Part shown: positions 15,618 through 29,251 of the stretch, piece after piece
Layout: the number at the start of each line of letters is the position of its first letter
Position numbering within the stretch: position 1 is the stretch's first letter
NCBI GenBank assembly: GCA_951406725.2
Contig: OX597815.1
Span: 163,928,001-163,992,000 of the forward strand
Direction: 5' to 3'
Origin: Octopus vulgaris
Taxonomy: Eukaryota
DNA: 64,000 nucleotides
Position numbers and translations under genes: made by a program
The notes under the pieces: model-generated
What the model saw: the letters and a program-made list of their open reading frames with translations, nothing else
The model's database searches: none
Told to the model about the DNA's origin: nothing

Positions 15618-16538
15618 GGGGATTATATAAACATATTATTAAATATATGTACGTATGCATGTATACATACACACACACACACACACACACACAGAGACAC
15701 ACACACACACACACACATATATATACATATATAACGTGTACTGGTATGTTGATGTAAACAAGAAAAATTGGAGTCAAAATGTGAGTATATATATATATAT
15801 ATACTAAGTAATTAAGGGTTTAGCAACGAATTGCCTCACCAATATATATATATATACTTATTAATATTTAGCTGAAATAACAGAGTGGCCAACGCACGAA
15901 ACCCTCGGACCTTCAGTCACTCCGTTCTGCTAAATATCAATAAAATTAACATGTACATATATATGCGTGAGTACATACAGACACACACACACACACTCTC
16001 TCTCCCTCTAAACACAGACCTGTTTCACCATGACTACAAACAAATGCTAACTGCTAAGAAATGCTGTAACGTAACCAACCACAACCAAACACACCTTCCC
16101 TCCCCCACACGTTCCTTTCTCTTTATTGTTTTATACATATCCGCCCTAGCTCGGCCTTTGGTGTCCTCTTCTGCTTCTTTCCATAACTGAAGTAGGAAGA
16201 GAAGAAGAATTGATTAAGGAAACATAAGGTTTGTGGAAAGAATGAAGGAGCACAACTTCGTTTAGCCATAACATTAACAAGGAACGGGCAGCAAGCTCGT
16301 CGTCGCCATCGAACTGTGTAAGATATAATAGCAAACAGCAGACAGTAGCAAACAGCAGCAAACAGTAGCAGCAGCAGCAGCAAAGATGGTAGAAGTAGTG
16401 TCAGCAGCAGCAGGAAGACACCAGTAACAACAGCCAGCATCATCTGAAGCAACACGGGAAAGAGAGAAAGGGAGATCTTTTATAATCTTTACACATACGT
16501 ACGTGCATATGTGTATGTGCGTTCGTGCCTATGTATAT

Positions 16539-16569
<31 letters not shown>

Positions 16570-17139
16570 ATATCCACCGGTTTCTTGTGTTGCTTCTAAT
16601 ACCTGCGGAGAGCAAAGGCCAGCAATCAATAACCAATTCAGGCTTGCAGTTTCCTACTTCCTTTCAGTCTATCTCGTCTCCTTTTCTTTCTTTCTATTTT
16701 CCTTTCTTTCTATTTTCCTTTCTTTTCTTCTTCTTTTCTTTTTATCTTTCTTTCTTCCAATCTTTAAGCCGGGTTTTTTTTTTTTTTTCGTCTTCCTTTC
16801 TTTTCAATCCTCTTTTTCTCCTCCGTTTCCCATTTCTGGAACAACCGAACAACCAATCATCTCGTATTTTTTTCAGATACTTTATCAAGTCCGTGCTGCT
16901 TTTTCATTGAAAATCTGTAACATTTTTATTTACTTCTTCCTTTCATTCTTTCTCTCTTTCTTTCTTCCTTTGTTTTTTTTTCTTTTTTCTTTCTTTTCTT
17001 CCTGTTTTTCTTTTTTGTTTCTGTCTTTCTTTATTCCTTTTTTCCTTTCTGTCTGTCAGTCTTTTTTTCTTTCTTTTTCTTTCTTTTTCTTTCTTTCTGT
17101 CTTTCTTTCTTTACTCCTTTACATTTATCTTTAGTGATT

Positions 17140-17585
17140 CATTTGTTCCATTCATTGCACTGCGGCCATGCTGGGGCACCGCCATAAACAGATTTAGTCG
17201 AACGAATCGACACCAGATCTTCTTTCATTTTATTTTCTAAGCCAAGTTCTTAGTCTGTCAATCTCTTACGCTGAACTGCTAGGTTACGGTAACGTAAATA
17301 AACCAACACCGGTCATCAAGCGATAGAAGGAGACAAAATCTAACACAAAGGCACACACATAAATGCATATATGTGTGTGTGTGTCTATAATTACATATAT
17401 ATACATACATATATATATAATTACATATATATACATACATATATATATAATTACATATATATACATACATGTATAATTACATATATATATATACATACAG
17501 GCATATATATACACTCGCAAGGCTTCGGGACTGAACCCGGAACTATGTTGTTGGGAAGCAAGCTTCTTACCACACAGACACGCCG
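17140..17585 (-). mobile_element. SINE family B, diverged and internally deleted, with ~30 bp tandem repeat in its microsatellite
   Basis: actgcggccatgctggggcaccgcc ... gactgaacccggaac...aagcttcttaccacacag; unit tataattacatatatatacatacatatata repeated about 4 times. Confidence 0.75.
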
Positions 17586-17753
17586 ACGCTTAAATATTTC
17601 TTTATTTACCATGTTTTTTTTTATATAATTTTCTCTCATCTCGATCTTCTCTCTTCTTTCCTTATTCTGCTTTCCTCTTTCTCCCAACAACATCTTAAGC
17701 AATATTTTCACCCCTTTTGTTTTGTTTTTTGTTTTTGCCTTCCTGGTGTCACG

Positions 17754-17819
<66 letters not shown>

Positions 17820-18060
17820 TACACACACACACGCACATGTTACCGGGCAAGTGTCTTCTAGTATAATGAGTGTGCGTCTTTGTGTCCGTTTATCCCGCCC
17901 CTCCCCTCCCCTCACTTCACAACTGATGTTGGTGTATTTACGTCCTTGGCAATAAAAACCAGTAGAATAAGTACTAGTTTTACAAAGAGGTCGATGTCTT
18001 CGACTAAAAAAACTCTTTAAGGCAGTGCTGCAGCATGGCCGCAGTCAAATGACTGAGAAC

Positions 18061-18260
18061 GTGCTGAAAAGATCTTGGCTCTAGGTAAAACAAAATTCAG
18101 GAGGATCAGTTAATTAAAATTATATTAAACATATTCACCTCTAGGATTCAAACACTTGTTGCAGCGGTCCTTCAGTTTTTCTAAGTCCCATAAAAGAACT
18201 CGGAGGGTTGGGTCTCCAACTAGGCCTTTCGCGACACCCTTAAAAGCAGGAACCCCCTCG
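18061..18260 (-). mobile_element. Mariner-derived MITE, second copy of the 5870-6085 family
   Basis: Reverse-complement similarity to 5870-6085; encodes LEKLKDRCNKCLNPRGEYV; damaged TIRs. Confidence 0.8.
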
Positions 18261-18297
18261 TATATAAAGTGTATATATATATATATATATATATATA

Positions 18298-19554
18298 CAA
18301 GGTGCGTAAGGTATTTGAGGACATACCTTTTTGGGGTCATTGCTGCGTTTTTTGCTCACTCTGTATAATCTTTGTTTCAGAAAATAATAATGGCAGACCC
18401 TCAGCTTACTCAAGAAATGAAGAGGCATGCTGCTATTGTGGTTATAAAAGGCTGAGCTTGCGATTTAGAAATATCTCGATTTTTAAAAGTTACCAGATCT
18501 TTCGTATACAAAGCTTGTAAAGAGTTAGAGACTGAAGATGGAAACATATCCCTGGTATCAAAGCATAAAGAACATGCTAAACGCTCTGAAATCATCAGAA
18601 CACCTGAATTTATCCAACAAGTCCAACAGATCATTGATTACAATCCCAGAAAGTCCATGATGTCAATTGCAAAAGATTTCGATATGACAGAAGGAACAGT
18701 CAGAAATGTTGCCCGCGAAGACATCAGATATAAGTCTTATATGATGAGGAAATGTCAATTTGTCAGAAAAAGCAAAAGAAAATAACCACATCAGACTTAA
18801 AATGTTCTTTAAAAAACTGAAAAATCCGGCAGAAGATTTGATTTGGTTTTTCTCAAAGGAGAAAAACTTCGGCCAAGATCAAAAAGTTAACAGAAGAAAT
18901 GACAGATGGTTATGTGCAAACTCTTCTGAAGTTTCAAGTGCCATGCATACAAAATTTCCTGCAACTGTCATGGTTTTAGAGGTTGTCAGCAATGAAGGAC
19001 ATGTGATGCCTCCTTACTTCTTTCCACAAAAACTTAGAATTAACTCTGCTGCCTACATTGAGGTCCTGGAAATAATTGTTAAGCCCTGGATAGACAGTAT
19101 ATTCAATGGAAAGCCATTTGTGCTTCAGTGAGACTCCTCACTATCACACATGGCTCAAGTAACACAAGAATGACTGGTTGAAAATTTTTATGATCACATA
19201 ACCTCTAATATTTGGCCTTCTAATTCCCTTGATCTCAATCCATTGAACTATTACACGTGGATCGTCGTAGAGAGAGAGGTCGATGAACACGCCCATAACA
19301 CCAAAGATTCTTTGAAAGCTGCCAGTCAGAGTAATGTCCAAAACGAACCAGGACCACTTTATTTGAGCATGTAGATGATTTAGATCTCATATAGAAGCAG
19401 TTGTAGAAGCTGAAGGTGGCTTTATTGAATAACTTTATAGAAAAGAAGCTTTATTTTCATCCTCATAGCATTTTTTGATAAACAAAGTAATTTTCTGTTA
19501 TTTCATATCCGTTTTTTTATAAACGGAAATCTGTCCTCAAATATCTTACGTACC

Positions 19555-19557
<3 letters not shown>
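18298..19557 (+). mobile_element. Full-length decayed Tc1/mariner transposon, DD37D (maT) type
   Basis: TA-flanked ~26 bp TIRs caaggtgcgtaaggtatttgaggaca / tgtcctcaaatatcttacgtaccctg; 1.26 kb length. Confidence 0.92.
18390..19432 (+). pseudogene. DD37D transposase pseudogene (frameshifts and stops)
   Basis: Motifs WFFS(K)EKNF, NRRNDRW, VSNEGHVMPPYFF, Q*DSSLSH, WPSNSLDLNPL(N)YY, EAVVEAEGGFIE*. I count 37 residues between the 2nd and 3rd catalytic positions; the 3rd D is retained in the 63417 copy (PLDYY). Confidence 0.9.
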
Positions 19558-19606
<49 letters not shown>

Positions 19607-19771
19607 ATGTGTGTATTCACACACAGATACGTATGCTTGCACATAAAAATACACATGTACATATATGCATAAACATAGGATAGACAGGTAGTGTAGCTAT
19701 CCATCTATCTACCACCCTTAAATATATATATACATGTTAGTATGCATACTTATATACATTACATATACATT

Positions 19772-20018
19772 AGAATGTCGCAGGAAAGGATCACAAACGA
19801 AGTATTCAGGACGATCCAACCTACAGGAGACCTGAAAGTAGATCAAGAATGAGATGCTTGGATAATATTCATAGTTCATAATTGGTCACTATTAAGAATC
19901 TGGCTAGAAAGTGTAAAGAAAGTTGCGTCTAATGGGAACTTATGGAGGAGGCACCTGAGGACTCTACTACAACGACTCTCCTAGGAATTGTGGTTGGTGA
20001 AGATGGATGGATGGATGG

Positions 20019-20020
<2 letters not shown>
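19772..20020 (+). mobile_element. RTE-like LINE 3' end with (GGAT)n tail
   Basis: RMSQERITNEVF..//RRPESRSRMRCLDNI..//VASNGNLWRRHLRTLLQRL resembles the RTE/Expander C-terminus (RPRGRPR.RW.D.I...A.DR..WR); ends in gatggatggatggat. Confidence 0.65.
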
Positions 20021-20055
<35 letters not shown>

Positions 20056-20059
20056 TAGA

Positions 20060-20290
20060 TTGCCTAATGGTTAGTGTGTTCCATTCATAATCATGAGTTC
20101 GTGGTTTCGAAAGCCAGCAGTGCGTTGTGTTCTTAAGCAAAACACTTTCTTTCACGTTGCTCTGCGATCATTTCGCTACCTGGTGCATGGCATTCTTGTG
20201 CACCTGTACTGACAATGTCAATTAAATATAGGCAGTGTGCTAATGTGAACATAAACAGTTGATCACTATAAACCTTTAGCATCCAGATTG
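20060..20290 (+). mobile_element. SINE family C variant (C2 tail)
   Basis: tRNA-like head plus gttgtgttctt.agcaaaacactt plus ctctgcgatca.ttcg tail shared with 43421-43700 and 46895-47200. Confidence 0.7.
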
Positions 20291-20354
20291 CTCCCCTTTG
20301 GTCATAAATGACCAATATAAGTATGCATACTTACATGTATATATACATTTAAGG

Positions 20355-20636
20355 GTGTTCCCCTCCGAGGCACAAGTCCAGGCAAGGTCGTTTATGGAAG
20401 ACTAACAGTCGCCCATGCATACCAACTTCCCCTCTCCACGCCACCGGTTTTATCCAAAGGAGAGATAAAGGCCGATACAGCACCTGTGACATCGCAACTC
20501 TGCTACAGCAGATTGGACTGGAACAACGTGAAGCAAAGTGTCTTGCTCAAGAACACAACACACAGCTTGGTCCGGGAATCGATCTCAATGTCCCGTGATT
20601 GTAAGCTCGACGCTCTAACCTCTGAGCCATGAGCCT
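20355..20636 (-). mobile_element. SINE family C
   Basis: Colinear with 15292-15617. Confidence 0.85.
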
Positions 20637-21384
20637 AATGTAATGGTTATTTATTCACATTGTTTTCAATTAATCATGTTTTATCCTGTACCTTCAAGAC
20701 TTCAATGATTTAATTGTTTAAATTTTGAATAATGTTATAGGGTAGGTGTGAGAGGCTGGTTCTGGTCAGTTCGAACATAAAACGCGTAGAAACTTTGGGC
20801 TGGATATGGCCGGTTTATATGCTAATGGGCTGAACAAATAACCTCTTTGGTTGCTCAGCTAGAAACTGTGGAACTCTCATCCGTCGCTTAATGAAGCAGA
20901 GGTCCAAAATAACTGTAGTTTGGGCAGACCGATGACTCGAGGAAAATTTGGAAGACGGAAACTATATAGAAGCGTTTTGTGTATAAGTGTATGTGTCTTT
21001 GTTTGTTGATCTACTATGTTTGTTGTTCTACTATCGCCTGATGTTGGTTTGTTTACGTCCCTCTAACTTAGCAGTTCAGCAATATATTTCATCACAATAT
21101 GTACCAGTCTTTCAAAAAAAAAAAAAAAAAGAAGAAAGAAGATTAATAAAGAAATAACAGAAGAAAACATATAAGTACTAGGGTTGATTTGTTTGACTAC
21201 AATCCCCTTCAAGGTGGTGCTCCAGCTTAGCGGTAATCCAATGATTGAAACAAGTAAAAGATAGTCGTTAGTCATAGAATGAGATTGATGTTAAGCAACA
21301 ATTACAGAAACACTTCTATTGCACAATATATTCTTATGACTAAGGCGGAGAGCAGGCAGAAACGTTAGCTTAGCGGTATTTCTT

Positions 21385-21736
21385 TTGCCGAACCGCTACG
21401 TTACGGGAACGTGAACACACCAACATCTGTTGTCAAGCGATGGTGGGGGAACAAACACAGACACACAAACATACACAAACCTCGCGCGCGGGCGCACACA
21501 CACATATACATGCATATGTGTGTATGTGTGTGAGTGAGCGCGTGTGTATCGTTAGCGATTTTCTTTCTCCGTCTTCTCATCTTTGGACTTTTTCTATCTT
21601 TCTGACGAAGAGCTCCGCGCGAAACGTGAAATCCTCTCTCTTTTCTTTCCTTTCCTGAGCGTCTGAATAACACTGTACTTATTCCACGTCCTCGCGTTGT
21701 TGGTCTTTCTTCCTTGTTCATGTTTGGATCAACTAC

Positions 21737-21798
<62 letters not shown>

Positions 21799-21992
21799 TG
21801 TTGTGTCTGGGGAGAGTCATTTTCTTTTTTGTGTCTTATAATTTAACACACTCACCGGGCTTCTTTTCAGTTTCCGTCTACCAAATCCACTCACGAGGCT
21901 TCGGTCGGCTCGAGGCTATAGCAGAAGACACTTGCCCAAGGTGCCACGCAATGCGACTGAAGCCGGAACTTATTACACAGCCTCTCCTACGC
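21385..21992 (-). mobile_element. SINE family B split by insertions in its internal microsatellite
   Basis: 3' part 21385-21480 and 5' part 21858-21992 flank a hammerhead-bearing unit and a family D fragment. Confidence 0.75.
21540..21735 (+). mobile_element. Short pLTR-like element with degenerate hammerhead motif (21598-21632)
   Basis: Reverse complement of 51245-51455; CUUU-CUGACGA-A-GAGC(UCC)GCGC-GAAACGUG-AAAU. Confidence 0.7.
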
Positions 21993-22613
21993 CTATGATT
22001 ACTTTCTCTCGATTCTAATCTCCTTATTTCTGCTTCTCTCACAATCTCCTTTCACTGCATCTTTCTCTCACTTTCTCCCTGTCTCACAACCTCATATCGT
22101 TCTCATTTTCCCTCTTTATTACTACTCCATCTCACTCTGTATTCCTTACACACACAAATCCCTTCTTTCTTTCTCTCTCTGTCTTTCTCTTTCTATCTTT
22201 CTCTCTATCTATCTCTCCAAAGTTCTCCCTCAGTTTCTTTATATCGTTCTCATACACTCTCTTTATTTCTCCGACTCACCATATATCCATCCTTCACATT
22301 TTGTATCGGTCTCGTTTGTCCTTCACTAAATTTTCCTCTTTCCTTCTGTCGTTGTGCGTCTCACTTTATTATATTTTCTCATCCCTTAATTCTCTCCCTC
22401 TTTTACATTACCTCTCTTTCTGTATCTTACTCTCTCTCTCTCTCTCTCTCTCTCACTCTGTCTCTCTTTTATGTCATTCTCTGTTGCACTTTTTATTTCC
22501 TGGTCTCACGATATATCCAACACCTTTCGTTTGTCCTCTACAATTCCTCTTTCACTGTCACTTAATGTTTCATTTTATCCAATGCTACCTTTCTTTTACT
22601 CTTTAATTCTCTG

Positions 22614-22677
<64 letters not shown>

Positions 22678-22888
22678 GCTTACACTTTCTTTATTCTCCA
22701 TCTCACTATATATCCCACCCTATTTGTATCCCTGTCTTGTTTGTCCTTTGCTAGCCTTCCTCTTTCCACTCTGTCGCTCCCTTACAATCTCTTGATCTAA
22801 TTCCACCTATCTCTCACTCTTTAATTCTCTGTCCCTTTATCATTGTTGATCTGTTTATCTCTTTCACTCCCCCTCTATCTATCTATCA

Positions 22889-22957
<69 letters not shown>

Positions 22958-23104
22958 GATCACACCATCATCCAATCATCCATCTACTTGATTTATCATT
23001 TTCTCTTAAGAACTCGCCTCCATTCCGTTTTATTCAGTTATGTACGAACGTATGAATATATGTATGTTTAAAAGTATATATGAATGCATGTAAGCACGTA
23101 CATA

Positions 23105-23161
<57 letters not shown>

Positions 23162-23584
23162 TCATAAGTATATACGAATAATTCTGTTTGTGTGTGTGTC
23201 TGTACGTATTGAAGTGTGTACAAGTGTATGTATATATGTATGTATTTATGCATATATTTATGTATGTATTCGTGTATATATTGATTATTTGTTTAGTTAT
23301 CTATCACTCCATCTCAAGTCAAGCCACACCACCAGTTTGACTGATTTGAATTCAATCGTTATCTCTGTCTTCTTCCTTTTTTTTTTTATCATACATCTGT
23401 TTTTTTCTTTCTTTGTTTCTACGTTTCTTTCTTTGTTGTTTATCTTTGTTAGAATTTTTTTTCTCCCTGCTTTTTGTATTTAATTTATTTTACTTCCTTT
23501 CCAATCACTTCTATTGCAGATAGAGTGATGATTCATAGATAACCTGTGATGTGTGCATACGTGTATGTATATATATATATATAT

Positions 23585-23647
<63 letters not shown>

Positions 23648-23686
23648 GTCTATATATATATATATATATATATATACGTATGTATG

Positions 23687-23720
<34 letters not shown>

Positions 23721-23793
23721 CACAGGCATATATACATATGCCTGTATCTATGTATACATAACATACACAAACGCATATATGTATAGAGCATAG

Positions 23794-23840
<47 letters not shown>

Positions 23841-23862
23841 TATGTACGAATTTGTATGTATG

Positions 23863-23917
<55 letters not shown>

Positions 23918-24117
23918 GCGTGACCATCTACCAATACAGTTATATATATATATACACATATGCGTGACCATCTACCAATACAGTTATATATATCTGTGTG
24001 TCCATCCATATATATGTGTATGCCAAACACAAATTACAAGACATACCCACTAGTTTGCATATGTACAAACATACTAACTGAGTGAGTGTGTCTGTTTGTT
24101 AATGTGTCCAGAGTGTT

Positions 24118-24175
<58 letters not shown>

Positions 24176-24970
24176 TCGTGTTTCAGATCGGAGCGACAGG
24201 TTTCGTCATGATAAAATTCTTCAGATACTTTAGGTAAGATCCACAGATTCAACAAGAACTGTTGATTCTTAAGAAAAGAACGAAGACAACTCGTTGCGTT
24301 ACTGTAATACGTTTGAATTGTAGATTATTTATTTTCATTGGCAGTTGGTATGCAATTTATTGTGGGTGTCTCTGCGCTCATTTAAACTGTTTAACATGCT
24401 TGCGTGTGTTCCTCCTTGTACTCACTGAAGTATATTCGTTTATACATTCGCGAGTGTGCGTGCGTATGCCAATGGAAACGTACGTGTGCAGCTACTTCTG
24501 TGCTTGTTGACATATTTGCATATATCTATTAATGCGTTTGTGGAAATGGCGTGATATCAGTTCATGCGTGAATTTGTTAAAAAGGATGGAAAAAAGATTT
24601 TTTCCGTTGTCAGTTTTTTTGTAAACGAACAATCGCAGGGAAAATAAATGGTATGATTCACTGAATTACTTTATTTCTGGTTTTTCAGAAAGGTGCGCGA
24701 TATTTCCTTATAACGGAAGTCATTTTAATGTTATCAATGGTTCAGAAGCGAAATATTATTTAAGGACAGCGAAGAAAGGAAGACAAACTGAAAGAAAAAG
24801 AGAGAGAAAAAACACATTCTCTTTTTGTGTGTGTGTGCGTATAGGGAGGGGGAGGTGAATGTGCAGTGAGGTTATGGGGAGATCACTCCAGTGTCCCCAC
24901 TAATTCGGGCGCGAAATGTAATTTGAAGTGAGAATGGAGAACAAAAAGAGAGAAGAAAATGTTATGTTCT

Positions 24971-25277
24971 TATTTCTTTACTGCCCACAAGGGGCTACAC
25001 ACAGAGGGGAATTTGAACCCAGAATGTAACGGCAGACGAAATACCTATTTCTTTACTACCCACAAGGGGCTAAACACAGAGAGGACAAACAAGGAGAGAC
25101 AAACGGACTAAGTAGATTACAACGACCCCAGTGCGTAACTGGTACTTAATTTATCGACTCCGAAAGGATGAAAGCAAAGTCGACCTCGGCGGAATTTGAA
25201 CTCAGAACGTAACGGCAGACGAAATACCGCTAAGCATTTCGCCCGGTGTGCTAACGTTTCTGCCAGCTCGCCGCCTT
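24971..25277 (-). mobile_element. SINE family A with partial internal repeat
   Basis: Clear TSD aaatgttatgttct on both sides. Confidence 0.9.
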
Positions 25278-25319
25278 CAAATGTTATGTTCTATTGGTTC
25301 ATTGTTCTAATGCTGTTCG

Positions 25320-25930
25320 AATACGCTATGGTATTTCAATGGGAACATACGCATATAAAGACCAGAAAAAATTAATTCTGCATGTTTTTCCTATGTTTTG
25401 GCTTTTTGCTGCAAGATTGACACTTTTTTCTTCGGAATTGACAGGTTTTACCTGGTTCGAAAGAAAACTAAAAAGTATTTGATTAAATGTATATTGCTGC
25501 TTTACTTACGAATCTCTATGTCATTCAAAATTTATATATTGTTTGTTTAGTGTCCAGTCTCCTTTTCACAATGCATAATGTGTGAATTTCTTGATAGATG
25601 TCTTTCCCAAAAAATGGCTGACTTTCATTCTTGTATAACTAATGCTGTTTCCATCGATCTTAGATGTGACTGTGGCTACATTGTGACTGAATTTCACAGG
25701 CAGTTACTATTGGCTTGGCAAAAGAGAGTGGCAATTGCAACTGCATTTCCGGTTTCTATATATCGATAAATACTGGTATCTTGAAGTAGTTTTTCATTTG
25801 TTTTTAATGGGCAATTAAGTGTTGAGGTAGTTTGTAACTGATAAGAAACATATTTTAAGTGCATTTGGGTTAAATACTTTCCGGAGAGAATGTGGGTTCA
25901 TACAAGATGAATGATTTTTTTCTTTTAGTC
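25320..25930 (-). pseudogene. Decayed Penelope-like linker / GIY-YIG endonuclease region
   Basis: Minus-strand peptides HSLRKVFNPNALKI, SCNC, NSNCL*NSV, ATVTSKIDGNSISY, TLNKQYI, KKCQ appear in the order of PLE motifs HPLHKIFN, CNC, CL...VY.ATVT...YIG, T.LSKYIW, C.LC. Confidence 0.7.
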
Positions 25931-26709
25931 TCTTGTTTGTTTATTGAAAATGGTCGATTAGAACACATAGTCTTTCTTTTCAGTTTTCCCCACTCTTCTT
26001 GTATGTATATGTCTAGGATATTTAACGGTTTATTTGAAGTCGTTACATACCAGTGCATTGTTAGTATACGTATGTATGTATGTATGTATGTATTTATGCA
26101 TATGTGATCTATTCTACTTTTAATTATTTGAAATCTCCCTGTAAAGAAGGATCTGGTTTCTAACAATGGCACAAAGTTCCATAGTTGGAGTGCAGATAAC
26201 AACAGCAAATTCACATTTTAAACTTGACAAAAGTTTTGCATATTTTTGCTGTTTCACTTACAGATTGTCATTTAAGTATTTACATAGGTATGTATTTATA
26301 TATGTATAAATATATATATATATATATATCATATATATTTGTGTGTGCGTGTTTAAAGTACGTGAATAATTCTTTAAAGAGCGCACTATAACGATACATT
26401 TATTAAAGTGCCGCTTCATTAAAAAAATCGTGAGGAAGACGAAAAAGTATCCAGCTGTATTGAGTTACGCCGCTTTAGTTCACGCCCTGCTATTCTCTAT
26501 TTCCTTCTTTTCAGAGCAGTTGTACACAAGTTGAGTATTGGTGTTATAGAACCAACTGTCCTCTGGCCCCAAAACAAAAGAAAAGAAAAGAAAACCCAGT
26601 TGGGATGATCTTTTGTTGACGGGATACATCTAGTCACCGAAATTCAGGCAAGGCAATGGACTCCATTTATTTCCTTTAGTACGTGAAGTAGTAATGAAAT
26701 AATAAAAAC

Positions 26710-26980
26710 GATTTCAAGCATTAGCAGAAGACAAGCAATTTCAGGAAATGGGATAAGTCGACATCGACCCCCAACATATAACTGGTGCTCATTTTATTGA
26801 TCCCTAAAGGATGAAAGGCAAAGTTGTCCTCGGTGGAATTTCAACTCAGAACGTAATGACGGTCGAAATACCTATTTCTTTATTACCCACAAGGGCCTAA
26901 ACACAGAGGGGACAAACAAGGACAGACATAGGTATTAAGTCGATTACATCGACCCCAGTGCGAAATACCGCTAAGCATTT
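26710..26980 (-). mobile_element. SINE family A, long form with internal deletion
   Basis: Family A body and tail motifs on the minus strand; abuts a SINE C. Confidence 0.8.
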
Positions 26981-26984
26981 CCCT

Positions 26985-27258
26985 CCGAGTTTCTCTCCGA
27001 GGCACAAGTCCGGCCAGCAGGCACCTATGCATGTCAGCTTCCTTCTCTCCACACCACCGATGTTATCCAAAGGAAAGACAAAGGCCGATACAGTTTGACA
27101 CTAGTGACATCGCAACTCATTTCTACAGATGAGTGAACTGGAGCTACGTGAAGTAAAGTGTCTTGCTCAAGAACACAACACGGCTCAGTCCCATAATCGA
27201 ATTCAGAACCTCATAATTGTGGTCCCGACGCTCTAACCACTGAGCCATGCGCTTTCAC
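26985..27258 (-). mobile_element. SINE family C
   Basis: Colinear with 15292-15617. Confidence 0.85.
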
Positions 27259-27324
27259 TAAAGCATACTAATTATACAAAACCGCCACTTCAGACATATT
27301 AAATCTCAGAATATATCATAAAAT

Positions 27325-27480
27325 CTGTCTTTATGTTCTGAGTTCAAATTCCGCCGAGGTCGACTTTGCGTTTCATCCTTTCGGAGTCGATAAATTAAGT
27401 ACCAGTTGTGTACTGGAATCTATCTAATCAACTGGCCCCCTCCCCAAAAATTTCGGGCCTTGTGCTTAGAATAGAAAAGA
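27325..27480 (+). mobile_element. SINE family A, 5'-truncated
   Basis: Second-unit sequence only; TSD agaatatatcataaaat on both sides. Confidence 0.88.
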
Positions 27481-28285
27481 ATATATCATAAAATGTATCC
27501 TTCTACCGTTTTTTAAAAGATAGTGTAATTTGAGAGAATGGTTTGGTTGCTACTTCTAACAGGTCGTGTAACCATGTATATACATCCTTTCTAGCTTGAA
27601 GTTTATTTGTTTATGGTTAGTATGGCCTTTCTTAGCTTTTTGTTTCACTGGATGAGTCACGAGGAGATATTTATAGCACTCTTGTAGGAGTTTACTCTGG
27701 AAGGGTTTATAGTTGGTTTACGTCAATCGTATGAGATAGGTTAATGTTAACATGGCACGCAAGCTCATAAAACAATGGTTGGCCTGCACAGTACACTCAG
27801 CCTGTGGCCTCTACGAGCTAGCAATCTACCGTATATCGATATCATAATTTCCATATTGATTTTTGTTTCCCACAAGCAGTCATGTTTTTATAAAGAACGT
27901 TAGCAGCCGGTCAATTTGATCCTTATATATTTTCTATCTGAAAATGGATAGGTGGAGAAATAGGACCCGGATTATTTTGAACGTTGAAAGCTAAGAACCA
28001 TTAATAAATACTGCAGGTCCGTGTGCATAATTAAACAAATTATTATTTAAAGCCAATTTCTGGTTCACTACATTAGTTATTTTAGCACCCAGTAAACACA
28101 CATACACACACTCTCTCTCTCTCTCTCTCTTAATATATGCAATTTATTGAATTATTGAATTGTATTAATGGTGCATTATTTCATGGGGTGAGGACGAATG
28201 AAATACAAAGTCCCAGTCGGATTTGAAATCAGAAAGCAAAGTTTCATAACTAAATGCAGCATCTATGGAGTTTGATCTTTCATCT

Positions 28286-28682
28286 TTCACTTGTTTCAGT
28301 CATTTGACTGCGACCATGCTTGGGCAGCGCCTTGAAGGGTTTTAGTCGTGCAAATCGAACCCATGATTTATTTTTAAAACCTGGTGCTTAATCTAGCGGT
28401 CTTTTTTGCCGAACCGCTAAGTTACGGCGAGTAAACACATGAACATCGAACATTGGTGGTCAAGTGGTGGTAGGAGGACAAAGACAGACACAATGACAAA
28501 CACACACACAGATATGTATATACGATGAGCTTCTTTCACTTTCCGTCTACCAAATCCACTCTCAAGGCTTTGGTTGGTCCAAGGCTATAATAGAATTGAC
28601 ACTTGCCCAATGTGCCACGCAGTGAGACTGAACCCGGAGCCACGTGGATGTGAAGCCAGCTTCTTACCACACAGCCATGCTT
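28286..28682 (-). mobile_element. SINE family B
   Basis: Full-length reverse complement of family B. Confidence 0.85.
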
Positions 28683-29251
28683 GTTCAATCCCTTTACTGC
28701 TCTAGTCATTCTTGTGCCCTTTCTAATCAGTAACATCGCTAAAGTGTGTGCCACCCTTGAGCTTACTGCTTCCACCAACGGGCCACCGAGTCTGTACAAT
28801 CTTATACATCTGGCCCAGAAGTGCTGTTCCATAAAATTGTCACCCGGGGCGGACCGCCCCCAATCGCCATCCTCATTCACACACACAACCACCAGCTCCG
28901 TTGCAGTTTATAATGACCCATTGATAGGACCATAAGGTGGTTTACTGAACCTACCAAAAACGGAAGCCAAGTCTTCCTTAAATCAGACCACACAGCTTAA
29001 CAAATAAATTTATGTTGGACAGTATGATCCTAGGATGGCTTCACACAGGAGGGAACACAAGATTGTTACCACTTGAAGTCTTCAAGAAGACGTCTACTCG
29101 ATTTGAATTTATCTGGGGCTAAACAACAACACCTTAACAGAAGCACGTTATAATAGAACTCATAGGACTTGATTGGAACAACTATGTCGATTTATTTTTC
29201 CTGGTATTTGCCTTGGATCTAATTTATAGACGTCATATGAAGAAGCTGTTT

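Noticed and set aside
24193-24226. Hammerhead-like CUGAAGA...GAAACCUGUC on the minus strand
   Set aside because: Stems I and II do not pair; at best a decayed relic.
28727-28900. Possible hAT/Tip100-like MITE (gtcacccggggcggaccgcccc)
   Set aside because: GC-rich motif is suggestive but no matching TIR pair or TSD was found.
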